From positions 1 through 18,913 of the forward strand of contig JANNVX010000085.1 of NCBI GenBank assembly GCA_031414595.1: a stretch of 18,913 nucleotides of DNA, read 5' to 3'. The notes under the pieces were generated by a model. It did not search any database. It saw only the letters and a program-made list of their open reading frames with translations, and had not been told where the DNA came from. The stretch comes from Deinococcales bacterium (lineage in GTDB: Bacteria; Deinococcota; Deinococci; Deinococcales; JAAFIG01). Below, in pieces: positions 7,576 to 16,198 of the stretch. The number at the start of each line of letters is the position of its first letter. Position 1 is the first letter of the stretch. The position numbers and the translations under genes were made by a program.

Positions 7576-8273
7576 GGTCTTTCCTCGAGTATTGGTACTT
7601 CTGGCAGAGCAACCATTCGATTTTGTTGGCGTTTACTGCGTCTGTGAATGGCTTGTAGTAACCAATGGCGAACCGCATTTAGATCTGATGTGATGTTTGT
7701 GTCGTGTAAACGATAGCCCAGTAAAATTTGTGGAAGCGTCACAAAACCAGATGATTGTTCACGCAGTCGTAAAAACCAATCAAAGTCTTCGCTTTGGGTC
7801 ATGGTCACATCAAAAACACCAATTTGATCAAACACTTCACGCCGCACCAAAGCAGCCCCAGTCGCAGGTAGAAAGGTTTTTATGATGCTGGGTTGACGGT
7901 TTGATAGCATAAAAAATTGTTCAACAAAACCTGTGACTACCCTAATTTCAGGATGTTTTTGCAGAACCTTGATTTGCAAATCAAGTTTATTTTGTACCCA
8001 CAGGTCATCGGCATCTAAAAAAGCAATCAGTTGACCTCGAGCCGCCGCCAGACCTCGGTTGCGAGCGGCGGCAATTCCAGTGTTTTTGGCTTGCTTAAAC
8101 ACAATTGCGCCCATTTGCTTAGCAATTTCGGCACTGTTGTCAGTGCTGCCATCATCTATCACCAGAATCTCGAGATTGGGGTAATTTTGGGCATGAATGC
8201 TGGCGATTGCCTCGGCAATAAAACGCTGCCCATTAAGGACTGGCATAATTACACTAATAAACGGTTGGTTCAT
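7572..8273 (-). CDS. Glycosyltransferase family 2
   Basis: ISVIMPVLN, VIDDGSTD, ARNRG, FLDADD and SEDFDW motifs; ATGA overlap. Confidence 0.94.
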   Translation of the reverse strand: MNQPFISVIMPVLNGQRFIAEAIASIHAQNYPNLEILVIDDGSTDNSAEIAKQMGAIVFKQAKNTGIAAARNRGLAAARGQLIAFLDADDLWVQNKLDLQIKVLQKHPEIRVVTGFVEQFFMLSNRQPSIIKTFLPATGAALVRREVFDQIGVFDVTMTQSEDFDWFLRLREQSSGFVTLPQILLGYRLHDTNITSDLNAVRHWLLQAIHRRSKRQQNRMVALPEVPILEERP

Positions 8274-9193
8274 ACTTGCTCGAGAAAAGATTTTATCGCA
8301 GGCGCAACAGCTTTTGGCGTATCACCAAGGTACAAGCGGTAACACGGCACGGTTCGGAGCAATTGGCTCATCTGGGCGAAACCTATCTGGCTGCTTCGCA
8401 ATTGAAACAGGCTATTGGGCGCAAGGGCTAATAATGCGGTTTGAGGATGCACTGCTTCAAAACCAAGCTGCCCGCCCAATGTCGGTAACAACACGGCTCG
8501 AATCGGGGCTTCTAGCACCAATTGTGGCGCGTGGGTTTTAGAGAGCATCACAAAGGCTTTCTCGAGGTCTGGGTTTTTGCGTGGCTTTAGAAAATTTAGC
8601 CGTGCTGCATTGTCAAAATGAAACTTCGCACTCGAGTATAAACTATAAACCATTGGTTCTGACTCGAGGGAAACAGCGCAGTAATCGTCACCCAGAAAAT
8701 CTAGTCCAGCTTGTAGTGCCAGCAGTGCAGTGGTGCTTTTTCCACTGCCGCCCCGCCCAATCAGCAATGCCGAGGCGTGTTTTGTGGCAATCGCTGCCGC
8801 GTGCAGCACGGTGATGGATTTCTTCTCGAGCCATGCCCTAAGAATCTGCACAAAAGGCGCACACTGCTGATAGGTTAGCAACGGAAAATTTGTTTGACAC
8901 AAAGCAAAATCAGCGCTTAGGAATTGCAACATGTCTTGATTATACGGGTCTAGGTAAAGCACACCATCCGAACCAATATCCTCGAGTTTTGGTAAATCGG
9001 TGCGAATGTCAATGGTTAAATCGGGCAGACCAGCAAAGGTTGGTAAGTGTAAAAAGGCTTCTGTGCTTTGTTCTAGCAGTTCTGGTACGCCAATCAGACG
9101 AATTTTTTGGTTAGCAAGCATCAAGTCTCGAGCCTGAGCTTCTTTTGGGCGCGTACCTATAACTCGCTGGATAAAAGCTGAGGCTTGGGTCAT
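8270..9193 (-). CDS. HPr kinase-related P-loop serine kinase (lasso-cluster PadeK-like)
   Basis: LHAAA...LLIGRGGSGKSTT (Walker A)...FLGDD, the His / P-loop / DD arrangement of HprK-family kinases. Confidence 0.85.
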   Translation of the reverse strand: MTQASAFIQRVIGTRPKEAQARDLMLANQKIRLIGVPELLEQSTEAFLHLPTFAGLPDLTIDIRTDLPKLEDIGSDGVLYLDPYNQDMLQFLSADFALCQTNFPLLTYQQCAPFVQILRAWLEKKSITVLHAAAIATKHASALLIGRGGSGKSTTALLALQAGLDFLGDDYCAVSLESEPMVYSLYSSAKFHFDNAARLNFLKPRKNPDLEKAFVMLSKTHAPQLVLEAPIRAVLLPTLGGQLGFEAVHPQTALLALAPNSLFQLRSSQIGFAQMSQLLRTVPCYRLYLGDTPKAVAPAIKSFLEQV

Positions 9194-9600
9194 ACTTTTT
9201 TACTTGTGACGGGCCAGCCTCGACTGGGTTCAACTTCGTGGATTGGGTCAAGCAGCAGTAACGCCTGCATATCATCAAATAACTCGAGTTCAGGTTTTTG
9301 CAGGGTCTGGCTTAGACTCGGCAACTCAATTTCTATTGTTTCTTGCGAACTGACCCGAATCAGTTCTTTTTCTAAGAGTTGGGTAATGAATTCTGGAATC
9401 AGTTGGTCTGCATTTTCAAGCCGCGTTTCAAGCTGCCTAGCAATACTCGAGACCGAATGATGCGCCACCACCAAAGCCCAAATCAGGGCAGCACTACCAC
9501 GTAAACTAAAGTACAAACCATTCTTAAAATCAATCACCATGGCTTCGCCGTCAAGCACTTCGGCGGCAACTTGAGGGCTGTTTAACTCATAAAAACTCAT
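9190..9600 (-). CDS. PqqD-family / RiPP recognition element (RRE) protein with C-terminal leader/core-like extension (136 aa)
   Basis: Start MSFYEL at 9600, 1 nt after the upstream stop. EVLDGEAMVIDFKNGLYFSL.GSAALIW...IARQL...FITQLLEKELI is the PqqD fold pattern. Tail LQKPELELFDDMQALLLLDPIHEVEPSRGWP. Confidence 0.85.
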   Translation of the reverse strand: MSFYELNSPQVAAEVLDGEAMVIDFKNGLYFSLRGSAALIWALVVAHHSVSSIARQLETRLENADQLIPEFITQLLEKELIRVSSQETIEIELPSLSQTLQKPELELFDDMQALLLLDPIHEVEPSRGWPVTSKKV

Positions 9601-9601
9601 G

Positions 9602-10384
9602 CTACATTCTAACCAAAAAAACGTTTTTAAGGTAATTTTTGACCCGACGACCTTGCCATAAAAGCCCACCAAACCAGTTTTTAGCTGCCAATGACACCGC
9701 ATCATCTTTGGGTTGAAAGCCAAGTAAAACCTTGGTTGCCTCAAGACCAAACGGATTATTTTGATTGTCGGATACCCCATGGATAATCGCAAAGTGCTGG
9801 TCGGTCTCGAGACATAAGCCTATCAACTGCACCAAATCGCGTTCGGTAAGACTGATTTTTAATTGCTGGTCATGGGGATGAAGACGAGCGTCGTTTTTAC
9901 TCAGTACCGCCCCAAGCCGAACACAAATCACCGATAAAGCCCGGTCATGACTATGCACCCGAGCGAGGGCTTCAGCAAAGGCTTTGCTTGCCCCGTAAAA
10001 ATTGGTTGGGTAGGGGGCATCAGTCTCGAGAATCGGTTGGTGCATATGCCCCCAGACCGCTTGAACACTGCTCATCAGAATCACACGGCGACACTTGGCG
10101 GCTCTGGCAGCCAGTAAAATATGTTGCACCCCAATAATGTTAGGTGCGACCTGCAATTGCCAATCAATGCCATAATCCAATACCCCCAAATGCAGCACCG
10201 TATCCACCCCTTGGCAAAGCTCGAGCAGCGCCTGATAATCCTCGAGTTGTGCCTTGGTAAACGGCGTAAGTGCTGTTTTTGGTTCTCGAGCATCGGTAAA
10301 TATTAACTCGTACTCAGTTTGCAAATATGGAATCAGTAACCCTGCTACTTTTCCGGCTGCTCCTGTAATCAGTACACGCTGCAT
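9602..10384 (-). CDS. NAD(P)-dependent epimerase/dehydratase (extended SDR, uronate-dehydrogenase-like)
   Basis: VLITGAAGKVA Rossmann motif, MSS, YGASK. The -10 TAGACT 7 nt upstream favours ATG 10384 over 10390. Confidence 0.9.
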   Translation of the reverse strand: MQRVLITGAAGKVAGLLIPYLQTEYELIFTDAREPKTALTPFTKAQLEDYQALLELCQGVDTVLHLGVLDYGIDWQLQVAPNIIGVQHILLAARAAKCRRVILMSSVQAVWGHMHQPILETDAPYPTNFYGASKAFAEALARVHSHDRALSVICVRLGAVLSKNDARLHPHDQQLKISLTERDLVQLIGLCLETDQHFAIIHGVSDNQNNPFGLEATKVLLGFQPKDDAVSLAAKNWFGGLLWQGRRVKNYLKNVFLVRM

Positions 10385-10607
10385 CGGCATGAGTCTACAA
10401 TTTTTGGGACAACCAAACCTTCAAGCCCTCGAGATTAGCAGTTTTGAAGGGTATTGATGTTTTTCTCGAGCAAATAGAAGGGCAGTTTATTCTGCTGCAC
10501 AAAGAGTATCAAGTCATAGTCCAAAAAAATAGTCCAGCAAGCATTTAAGCCTAAGATGTGAACCAACTTATCAAGTCTATGATAGGTTTGTAATCAGGAG
10601 AAAAATC

Positions 10608-11033
10608 GTGAAAAAGACTTTAATCATTGGCTTGGTGGCTCTAGGAATTGTATCTATTGGATTGGCGACACATACGGCTGGTAATATTTTTAATACTTCG
10701 GCTGAGGTCGTCACAGAAAGCACTGGCACATTCAAACAAGGCTTTGTTCATTTGTTTGTCGAAGAAGGCGATACAATTACCAATACTGTCGCCCTTGAAA
10801 TAGGCAAAGAATACACAATTGTGGCAATGGGTGATGATGAAATCCTGAGTGATATTGACTTGGTTGTGCGTGACAGCCGAGGTAAAATTTTAAGACAAGA
10901 TACCAAAACCAATTCTTCTCGAGCCGAAGTGACATTTATACCAACCACCAGATTTACTGAAATTGATGCAACTGCCAAGGAAATGCCATCTTCCAATGGG
11001 TATGGTTCAATCCTAATTTTTGAACAAGAATAA
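10608..11033 (+). CDS. Secreted beta-sandwich protein, pre-peptidase C-terminal (PPC)-like domain
   Basis: SD AGGAG; signal peptide MKKTLIIGLVALGIVSIGLA; G.EYTIVA.GD...DIDL.V.D..G..L..D pattern. Confidence 0.7.
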   Translation: MKKTLIIGLVALGIVSIGLATHTAGNIFNTSAEVVTESTGTFKQGFVHLFVEEGDTITNTVALEIGKEYTIVAMGDDEILSDIDLVVRDSRGKILRQDTKTNSSRAEVTFIPTTRFTEIDATAKEMPSSNGYGSILIFEQE

Positions 11034-11037
11034 ATGA

Positions 11038-11073
11038 GAAGGCTCGAGGGTAAGCAACCCTCGAGCCTTTTTT
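11038..11073. terminator. Terminator between convergent genes (probably bidirectional)
   Basis: AAGGCTCGAGGGT / ACCCTCGAGCCTT stem followed by a T-run on +. Each arm contains CTCGAG. Confidence 0.85.
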
Positions 11074-11078
11074 ACTGC

Positions 11079-12599
11079 TTACTTCTCGAGTGATGTGGTG
11101 CGTAAACCTAGGTACGAACTGTTTGAGTAATGCTCAAAGCCTTTAACATAGCCAGCAATCCCTTCGTATTGTGCCGAGTGGAAAAGCGGGACCATTGGCA
11201 CGAGTTGCAAAATCCGTTCTTGGGCTTGGTCATAGATTTTTTTGCGGTCATCTTGCTTAGAAACTGTTCGTCCTTGCTCGAGTAATTTATCTACTTGGGC
11301 ATCGGAGAAACTCATAAAATTACCGCCACCTTTGGTATGAAAGACGTTATACAAGTAATCGTCTGGGTCGCCTTGTCCAGATTCACCAATGATCGTGCTG
11401 ACAAATTTCTTGCCGACAAAATTTGGTAGGTACACACTCCATTCTTCAGCTTGAATTTTCAGGTTGACACCAATTTTAGCCAGTTGTGCTTGCAGCACTT
11501 CGGCTGGAGTTCGCAGGAAATCGTAGGTACTGGTGACTTTTAAGTCCAGCGATAAACCATTGGCATACCCTGCTTCTTTGAGGAGTGCTTTGGCTTTTTC
11601 TAAGTTTGGTGTGCCATACGGACTATCATCAAAGGAGTAGAACCCGCCGCCCGGAATGGTTGTGCCTTTTGCCACCACACCGCCCGTGCCAAAAAGCGCC
11701 ACATCCACAACTTCTTTGGGGTTAATGGCGTAAGCAATGGCTTGGCGCACCCGCACATCATCAAGTGGTTTTTCTTTGAGGTTAAAGTACAAGCTGCGGA
11801 AATTAGCCGATAATCCGCCGACCACCTCGAGTTTTGGGTCGCGTTTAATTGTGGCAATATCGGCGGCTGGCACGTACTCAATCCAGTCAACTGTACCCGT
11901 GCGAAGGGCGGTACTGCGGGCAGTCGCATCGGGCAAGTACGAATAGGTGATACCGTCTAGGTACGGTAATTTATTGCCTTTGCTGTCGCGCTCCCAGTAG
12001 ACAGGGTTTTTCTTTAAGACCATGCGGGTGCTAGGAATATATTCACTAAAGACAAAAGGTCCTGTACCAACGGGTTTAGTGCCGATGGTGGCTGCCGCTT
12101 CTTTAGGGATAATCACATTCAAACTAAAGGCGAGTTTAGACAACAACGGCGAGAATGGTTGCTTAAGTTTAATCACCACGGTTGTTGCATTTGGGGCTGT
12201 GACTGATGCCACTTGGTCAAATGAATTGGCTCGAGGCGACTTCACACTTGGGTCTTTGATGCGGTTAATCGAAAATGCCACATCGGTGGCATCCAAGGTG
12301 CGTCCATTGTGGAATTTCACGCCTTGGCGCATGGTGAATGTCCAAGTCAGGTTGTCTTTGCTAGTGCGCCAACTAAACGCCAAAGACGGAATGATTTTAC
12401 CTTTGGGGTCAAAACGCACCAAGGTATCGTAGACATTCTCGAGTTGATTACGGGTAGCCGTGGCATTGGTGGTGTGCGGGTCTAAGCCCACAGGGTCGGC
12501 TTGCATACCGGCTCTTAGGATACCTCCAGATTTCTGGGCTAACCCCAGACTGATGAGTGTGACCGCACCGAGAATAAGAATACCGACTTGCTTTTTCAT
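11079..12599 (-). CDS. ABC transporter substrate-binding protein, family 5 (peptide/nickel/opine type)
   Basis: LDPH, P.LA.SW..S.D..TWTF.MR.GVKFHNG, PVGTGPF and RVRQAIAYAI motifs; SD AGGAGG; signal peptide. Confidence 0.95.
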   Translation of the reverse strand: MKKQVGILILGAVTLISLGLAQKSGGILRAGMQADPVGLDPHTTNATATRNQLENVYDTLVRFDPKGKIIPSLAFSWRTSKDNLTWTFTMRQGVKFHNGRTLDATDVAFSINRIKDPSVKSPRANSFDQVASVTAPNATTVVIKLKQPFSPLLSKLAFSLNVIIPKEAAATIGTKPVGTGPFVFSEYIPSTRMVLKKNPVYWERDSKGNKLPYLDGITYSYLPDATARSTALRTGTVDWIEYVPAADIATIKRDPKLEVVGGLSANFRSLYFNLKEKPLDDVRVRQAIAYAINPKEVVDVALFGTGGVVAKGTTIPGGGFYSFDDSPYGTPNLEKAKALLKEAGYANGLSLDLKVTSTYDFLRTPAEVLQAQLAKIGVNLKIQAEEWSVYLPNFVGKKFVSTIIGESGQGDPDDYLYNVFHTKGGGNFMSFSDAQVDKLLEQGRTVSKQDDRKKIYDQAQERILQLVPMVPLFHSAQYEGIAGYVKGFEHYSNSSYLGLRTTSLEK

Positions 12600-12632
12600 A
12601 CGTCCTCCTAAATGGGAATAAGTGTCTAAACA

Positions 12633-13463
12633 TTAGGCTTTGCGTAAACGAGGGTCGAGTGTATCGCGCAGACCATCGCCAAGTAAGTTAAAACCGAGTA
12701 CCGTAATCGTAATTGCAATTCCAGGACCAACACTAATCCACGGCGAAGTCTCGAGCAGTTGACGACCATCGGCAATCATTTGACCCCAAGATGGGGCTGG
12801 GGGCTGCGGACCTAGCCCTAGATAAGACAAGGAGGCTTCAGAAAGAATCGCAAATGCCAAGCGCAAACTGGTTTCGATAATTAAAGGCGATAAGGCATTG
12901 GGCAGCACATGGCGCAGTAAAATCAGGCTGCTCTTGTTGCCAAGGGCTTGACTGGCTTCAACAAAAACCTCTTCGCGCACCCGCATTACACTTGCCCTTG
13001 CCACTCGAGTAAACGGCGCAGCGTAGACAGTCGCAATGGTTAAGGTTAAATTCCAGAATCCTCCACCCGCAAAGGCAAGCAGGGCAATCGCCAGTAAAAT
13101 CGCGGGGAAGGCAAGTAAAATATCGGTAAAACGCATGATGATCGTGTCCACCCAGCCACGGTAAAAACCAGCCAATGAACCCGCCACGCCACCGACAAGG
13201 AGCGCAATACTGACCGACAAAAATGCGACTGCCAAAGACTGCCGAGCGCCATGCAGCACCCTCGAGAAGGTATCGCGCCCGTAGATGTCTGTGCCGAATA
13301 AATGTTGCCAGCTTGGATTTTGCAAACGATCTTCGGTGTTAAAAGCGATTGGGTCAAATGGCGCAATTTGTGCGGCAAATAACGCCGATAAAAGCATCAC
13401 AAGCACCAACACACCACCAATCAAAATACTTGGTGAACGCAATAGCTGCTTAAAAAAAGTCAC
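12633..13463 (-). CDS. ABC transporter permease, DppC/OppC type
   Basis: HLFGTDIYGRD, FVEASQALG (EAA loop), EASLSYLGLG...SWG and NLLGDGLRD.LDPR motifs. Confidence 0.95.
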   Translation of the reverse strand: MTFFKQLLRSPSILIGGVLVLVMLLSALFAAQIAPFDPIAFNTEDRLQNPSWQHLFGTDIYGRDTFSRVLHGARQSLAVAFLSVSIALLVGGVAGSLAGFYRGWVDTIIMRFTDILLAFPAILLAIALLAFAGGGFWNLTLTIATVYAAPFTRVARASVMRVREEVFVEASQALGNKSSLILLRHVLPNALSPLIIETSLRLAFAILSEASLSYLGLGPQPPAPSWGQMIADGRQLLETSPWISVGPGIAITITVLGFNLLGDGLRDTLDPRLRKA

Positions 13464-13482
13464 GCGAACCTCAACGCTAGGG

Positions 13483-14433
13483 TCATGCGAACCTCACTCG
13501 AGGGTCTATCAGGGCATACAGCACATCCACCAAAACATTGACCAAGACAAAACCAGCCGCCACCACCAGCACTGCACCTTGAACCACAGGATAATCGCGC
13601 AAGTTAATACCCTCGAGCGCAAAGCGCCCAATGCCCGGTAAGCCAAAAATTTGTTCGATAATCACTGTGCCGCCCAGCAAATTGCCGATTTGTAAACCAA
13701 TCACCGTCACCACTGGAATCAGGGCGTTTCTAAAGGCATGTCGGTACACCACAGCCCGTTCGGTTAAACCCTTGGCTCTGGCTGTGCGGGTATAATCAAG
13801 CATCAGCACCTCGAGTAAACTGCTGCGAACAATTCGTGTGGTAGCAGCCGCTAAAGAAAGCCCGAGGGCTAACGAAGGCAAAAACATGCTTTTTAAGTTA
13901 CCAATTGGGTCTTCGCTAAACAGTGCATACCCAGAAGGTGGGAACCAACGCAATTGCAAAGAAAAGAACAAAACACACAAAATCGCAATCCAAAAACTAG
14001 GCGCAGCAATACCTAAGAGCGCAAAAGAACTGGCAACAGTGTCAATCCATTTACCACGGTTGTTGGCGGCGGCGACACCAAGCGGCACAGCAATAATAAT
14101 CGCAATCACCAAGGCAAATAAAGTCAGTTGCAGTGTCACAGGGAAACGAAGCGCCAAATCGGTCAGCACAGGTCGTTCGGTGCGAAGGCTCGAGCCAAGG
14201 TCAGCTTGTAAAACACCACCAAACCATTTGGCAAATTGGGTTTGAATCGGTAAGTCCAAGCCAAATAGTCGGCGCAGTTCTTCACGGCGCTCAGTGGTGA
14301 TGTTGGTGTCTAAACCAATCAGATTGGTGACCACATCGCCCGGCACAAGTCGCACCATTGCAAAAACCAAAATCATCACCCCAAACAGCGAAATCAGGGC
14401 TAAACCAAGGCGTTGTAACAAAAAAGAAATCAT
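13483..14433 (-). CDS. ABC transporter permease, DppB/OppB type
   Basis: PGD, DLGSS, DYTRTARAKGL, IEQIFGLPGIG, RDYPVVQG and IDPRVR motifs. Start MISFL at 14433 overlaps the regulator stop (ATGA). Confidence 0.95.
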   Translation of the reverse strand: MISFLLQRLGLALISLFGVMILVFAMVRLVPGDVVTNLIGLDTNITTERREELRRLFGLDLPIQTQFAKWFGGVLQADLGSSLRTERPVLTDLALRFPVTLQLTLFALVIAIIIAVPLGVAAANNRGKWIDTVASSFALLGIAAPSFWIAILCVLFFSLQLRWFPPSGYALFSEDPIGNLKSMFLPSLALGLSLAAATTRIVRSSLLEVLMLDYTRTARAKGLTERAVVYRHAFRNALIPVVTVIGLQIGNLLGGTVIIEQIFGLPGIGRFALEGINLRDYPVVQGAVLVVAAGFVLVNVLVDVLYALIDPRVRFA

Positions 14434-15020
14434 AAAAGGGCGGGTGTACCAACCCAAAGAACCCGCAATTCTTGCTCAGAATCGTTGCGCCAGACATGAC
14501 GTAAACCAGATTGAAAATGAGCGCTGTCGCCAACCGTTAAAAGATGGTTTTCTGTACCAATGGTCAGACGCATCTGCCCTTGCAAGACAAATAAAAATTC
14601 TTCACCACTGTGGGTCATCGGTTCAGAGGCATAATGCGGCGGATAAATCATCAGGAGCGGCTCGAGTTGACGTTCTGGTAATTGGCTACCAATTCGCCCG
14701 TAGCGAACTTGGCTTTGGTCTAAACGATAAAAATGCGTGTCCGATGCCTTATGTACCAAAGTATTGCTGCTGGCAATATCTAAAAAGTAAGAAGTTGGCA
14801 CACCCAAAGCCTGTGCAATTTTGACCATCGAAGTGACCGAAGGGGTGGCGGTGCTGTTCTCGATTTGTGATAAAAAAGGCGCACTCAGACCCGCTTTTTG
14901 TGCCAAAGAGCGCAAGGTCAAACCCAACTGCTTACGGCGGTTCTGCACCATCTTGCCAAGACGAGGCTCTTCGGCTTGAGGCGGTGGGCTTGGCACTGAT
15001 GTTAAAAATTGAGAAACCAT
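14430..15020 (-). CDS. XRE-family HTH transcriptional regulator with C-terminal cupin domain
   Basis: LTLRSLAQKAGLSAPFLSQIENS..TPS HTH; HSGEEFLFVLQG...L..GDSAHF....H.W.N cupin motif. Confidence 0.93.
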   Translation of the reverse strand: MVSQFLTSVPSPPPQAEEPRLGKMVQNRRKQLGLTLRSLAQKAGLSAPFLSQIENSTATPSVTSMVKIAQALGVPTSYFLDIASSNTLVHKASDTHFYRLDQSQVRYGRIGSQLPERQLEPLLMIYPPHYASEPMTHSGEEFLFVLQGQMRLTIGTENHLLTVGDSAHFQSGLRHVWRNDSEQELRVLWVGTPALL

Positions 15021-15083
15021 TTCACCCCTCGAGAAACACTGTCTGGGACTATGAAAGACTTAAAAACTACGATTGTTAAACAG

Positions 15084-15102
15084 TATCAAAATTTGTTTGA
15101 TA
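15084..15102. promoter_or_regulatory. Candidate operator palindrome TATCAAA-N5-TTTGATA
   Basis: Perfect 7-5-7 inverted repeat in the divergent intergenic region between the XRE regulator and the cyclophilin. Confidence 0.45.
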
Positions 15103-15125
15103 AAACAAGTGCTAGAATTTTAGGT

Positions 15126-15647
15126 ATGCAAAAACCAATTGTTTGTATACAAACCGAACTCGGTATCATTCGGGTAGAACTCGAGACCGAAAAAGCCAAT
15201 TTAACGGCTCAAAATTTCTTAGGCTATGTGACCCGAGGCGATTTTAACAACAGTTACTTTTATCGTGTAGTTCACGAGAAAAATCAAGACCATCAGCCCA
15301 TCAAAATAGCAGTTATCCAAGGCGGGCTAGGGATGAACACCGATCCCAAAAAAGGCGCAACTATTGCCCACCAAACCACCCTCGAGACGGGCTTAAAACA
15401 TGTCAACGGTACAATTTCAATGAGTCGGCTCGAGCCGGGCAGCGCCCACTCCGAATTCTTTATTTGTATTGGCGACCAACCCGAACTTGATTACGGTGGC
15501 AAACGCAACCCCGACGGACAAGGGTTTGCGGCGTTTGGGCAAGCAATAGAAGGATTTGAGGTGATTCTCGAGATTCAAAAGCAACCAGAAAATGGGCAAA
15601 TGTTGCTTGCGCCCGTCAAAATTTACAGCATCAGTCTCGAGCAATAA
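15126..15647 (+). CDS. Cyclophilin-type peptidyl-prolyl cis-trans isomerase
   Basis: TELG.I.VEL...A..TAQNFL.Y, FYRVV, VIQGG, H..GTISM.R...SA.SEFFI, AAFGQ..EG motifs. Start MQKPIV follows extended -10 TGcTAGAAT by 7 nt. Confidence 0.93.
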   Translation: MQKPIVCIQTELGIIRVELETEKANLTAQNFLGYVTRGDFNNSYFYRVVHEKNQDHQPIKIAVIQGGLGMNTDPKKGATIAHQTTLETGLKHVNGTISMSRLEPGSAHSEFFICIGDQPELDYGGKRNPDGQGFAAFGQAIEGFEVILEIQKQPENGQMLLAPVKIYSISLEQ

Positions 15648-15687
15648 AGACTTCAAAAACACATCAAAACATGGCACAATAGCAACC

Positions 15688-15906
15688 ATGAGTATTCTCG
15701 AACTGCAATACCAAGTTGAAAAGTTACCTGTGCAAGAACGGGTCGCTTTAATGCAGCATATTCAACACACACTCACCACAAAAGAACTAGAAACCTACTG
15801 GGTCAACGAAGCTGAACGAGTGATTGACTTGGTAGATAGTGATCAAATGCCAACATTCACCTCTGATGAATTAAGGAAACGGCGTGCCGAACGAATTACT
15901 TCATGA
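15688..15906 (+). CDS. Addiction-module antitoxin (TIGR02574/PF09720-like), 72 aa
   Basis: LP..ER..L......L......W..EAER pattern; directly upstream of and overlapping a ParE-like gene. Confidence 0.8.
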   Translation: MSILELQYQVEKLPVQERVALMQHIQHTLTTKELETYWVNEAERVIDLVDSDQMPTFTSDELRKRRAERITS

Positions 15907-16198
15907 AATTTACTCCGAACTGGCAATCGAGAAAATTCTTGAAATTGAATGGCATTTAGAAGCCCAAAATCCAGACCGCGCCGCAGCTTTTCGCCAAGAA
16001 CTCGAGGAGTTAATTAGTCAGCTTCTAACATTTCCCGAATCAGCACCAATTGTAGGGTATCGAAAAAGAGTCCGACGGCGCTTATTCAAACGATTTCCAT
16101 ACGGTTTATTGTACGTCGTTCGAGACGAGTTTTTGCTTATTACCCTGATTTACCCACTTGGACAAAGTACACCTTTTTGGGATGATTACATTCAATGA
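15884..16198 (+). CDS. RelE/ParE-family type II toxin
   Basis: A..F..EL...I......PES......VRR.L.KRFPY.L.Y pattern; overlaps the antitoxin. Confidence 0.85.
   Translation: MPNELLHEIYSELAIEKILEIEWHLEAQNPDRAAAFRQELEELISQLLTFPESAPIVGYRKRVRRRLFKRFPYGLLYVVRDEFLLITLIYPLGQSTPFWDDYIQ

Noticed and set aside
9601-9792. N-terminal 64 aa of the 200-aa ORF in the track
   Set aside because: Overlaps the SDR gene in another frame; the PqqD fold starts at Met65 (9600).
5460-10384. Canonical lasso peptide or PQQ biosynthesis cluster
   Set aside because: No lasso cyclase, B2 protease or Thr(-2)/Gly1 precursor, and no pqqA/B/C/E genes in the window.
14294-14824. 176-aa plus-strand ORF and the other short overlapping ORFs in the track
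   Set aside because: They lie antisense to or out of frame within well-supported genes and show no family motifs.
15009-15125. Long N-terminal extension of the cyclophilin ORF
   Set aside because: Overlaps the divergent regulator start and promoter region; ATG 15126 has a well-placed extended -10.
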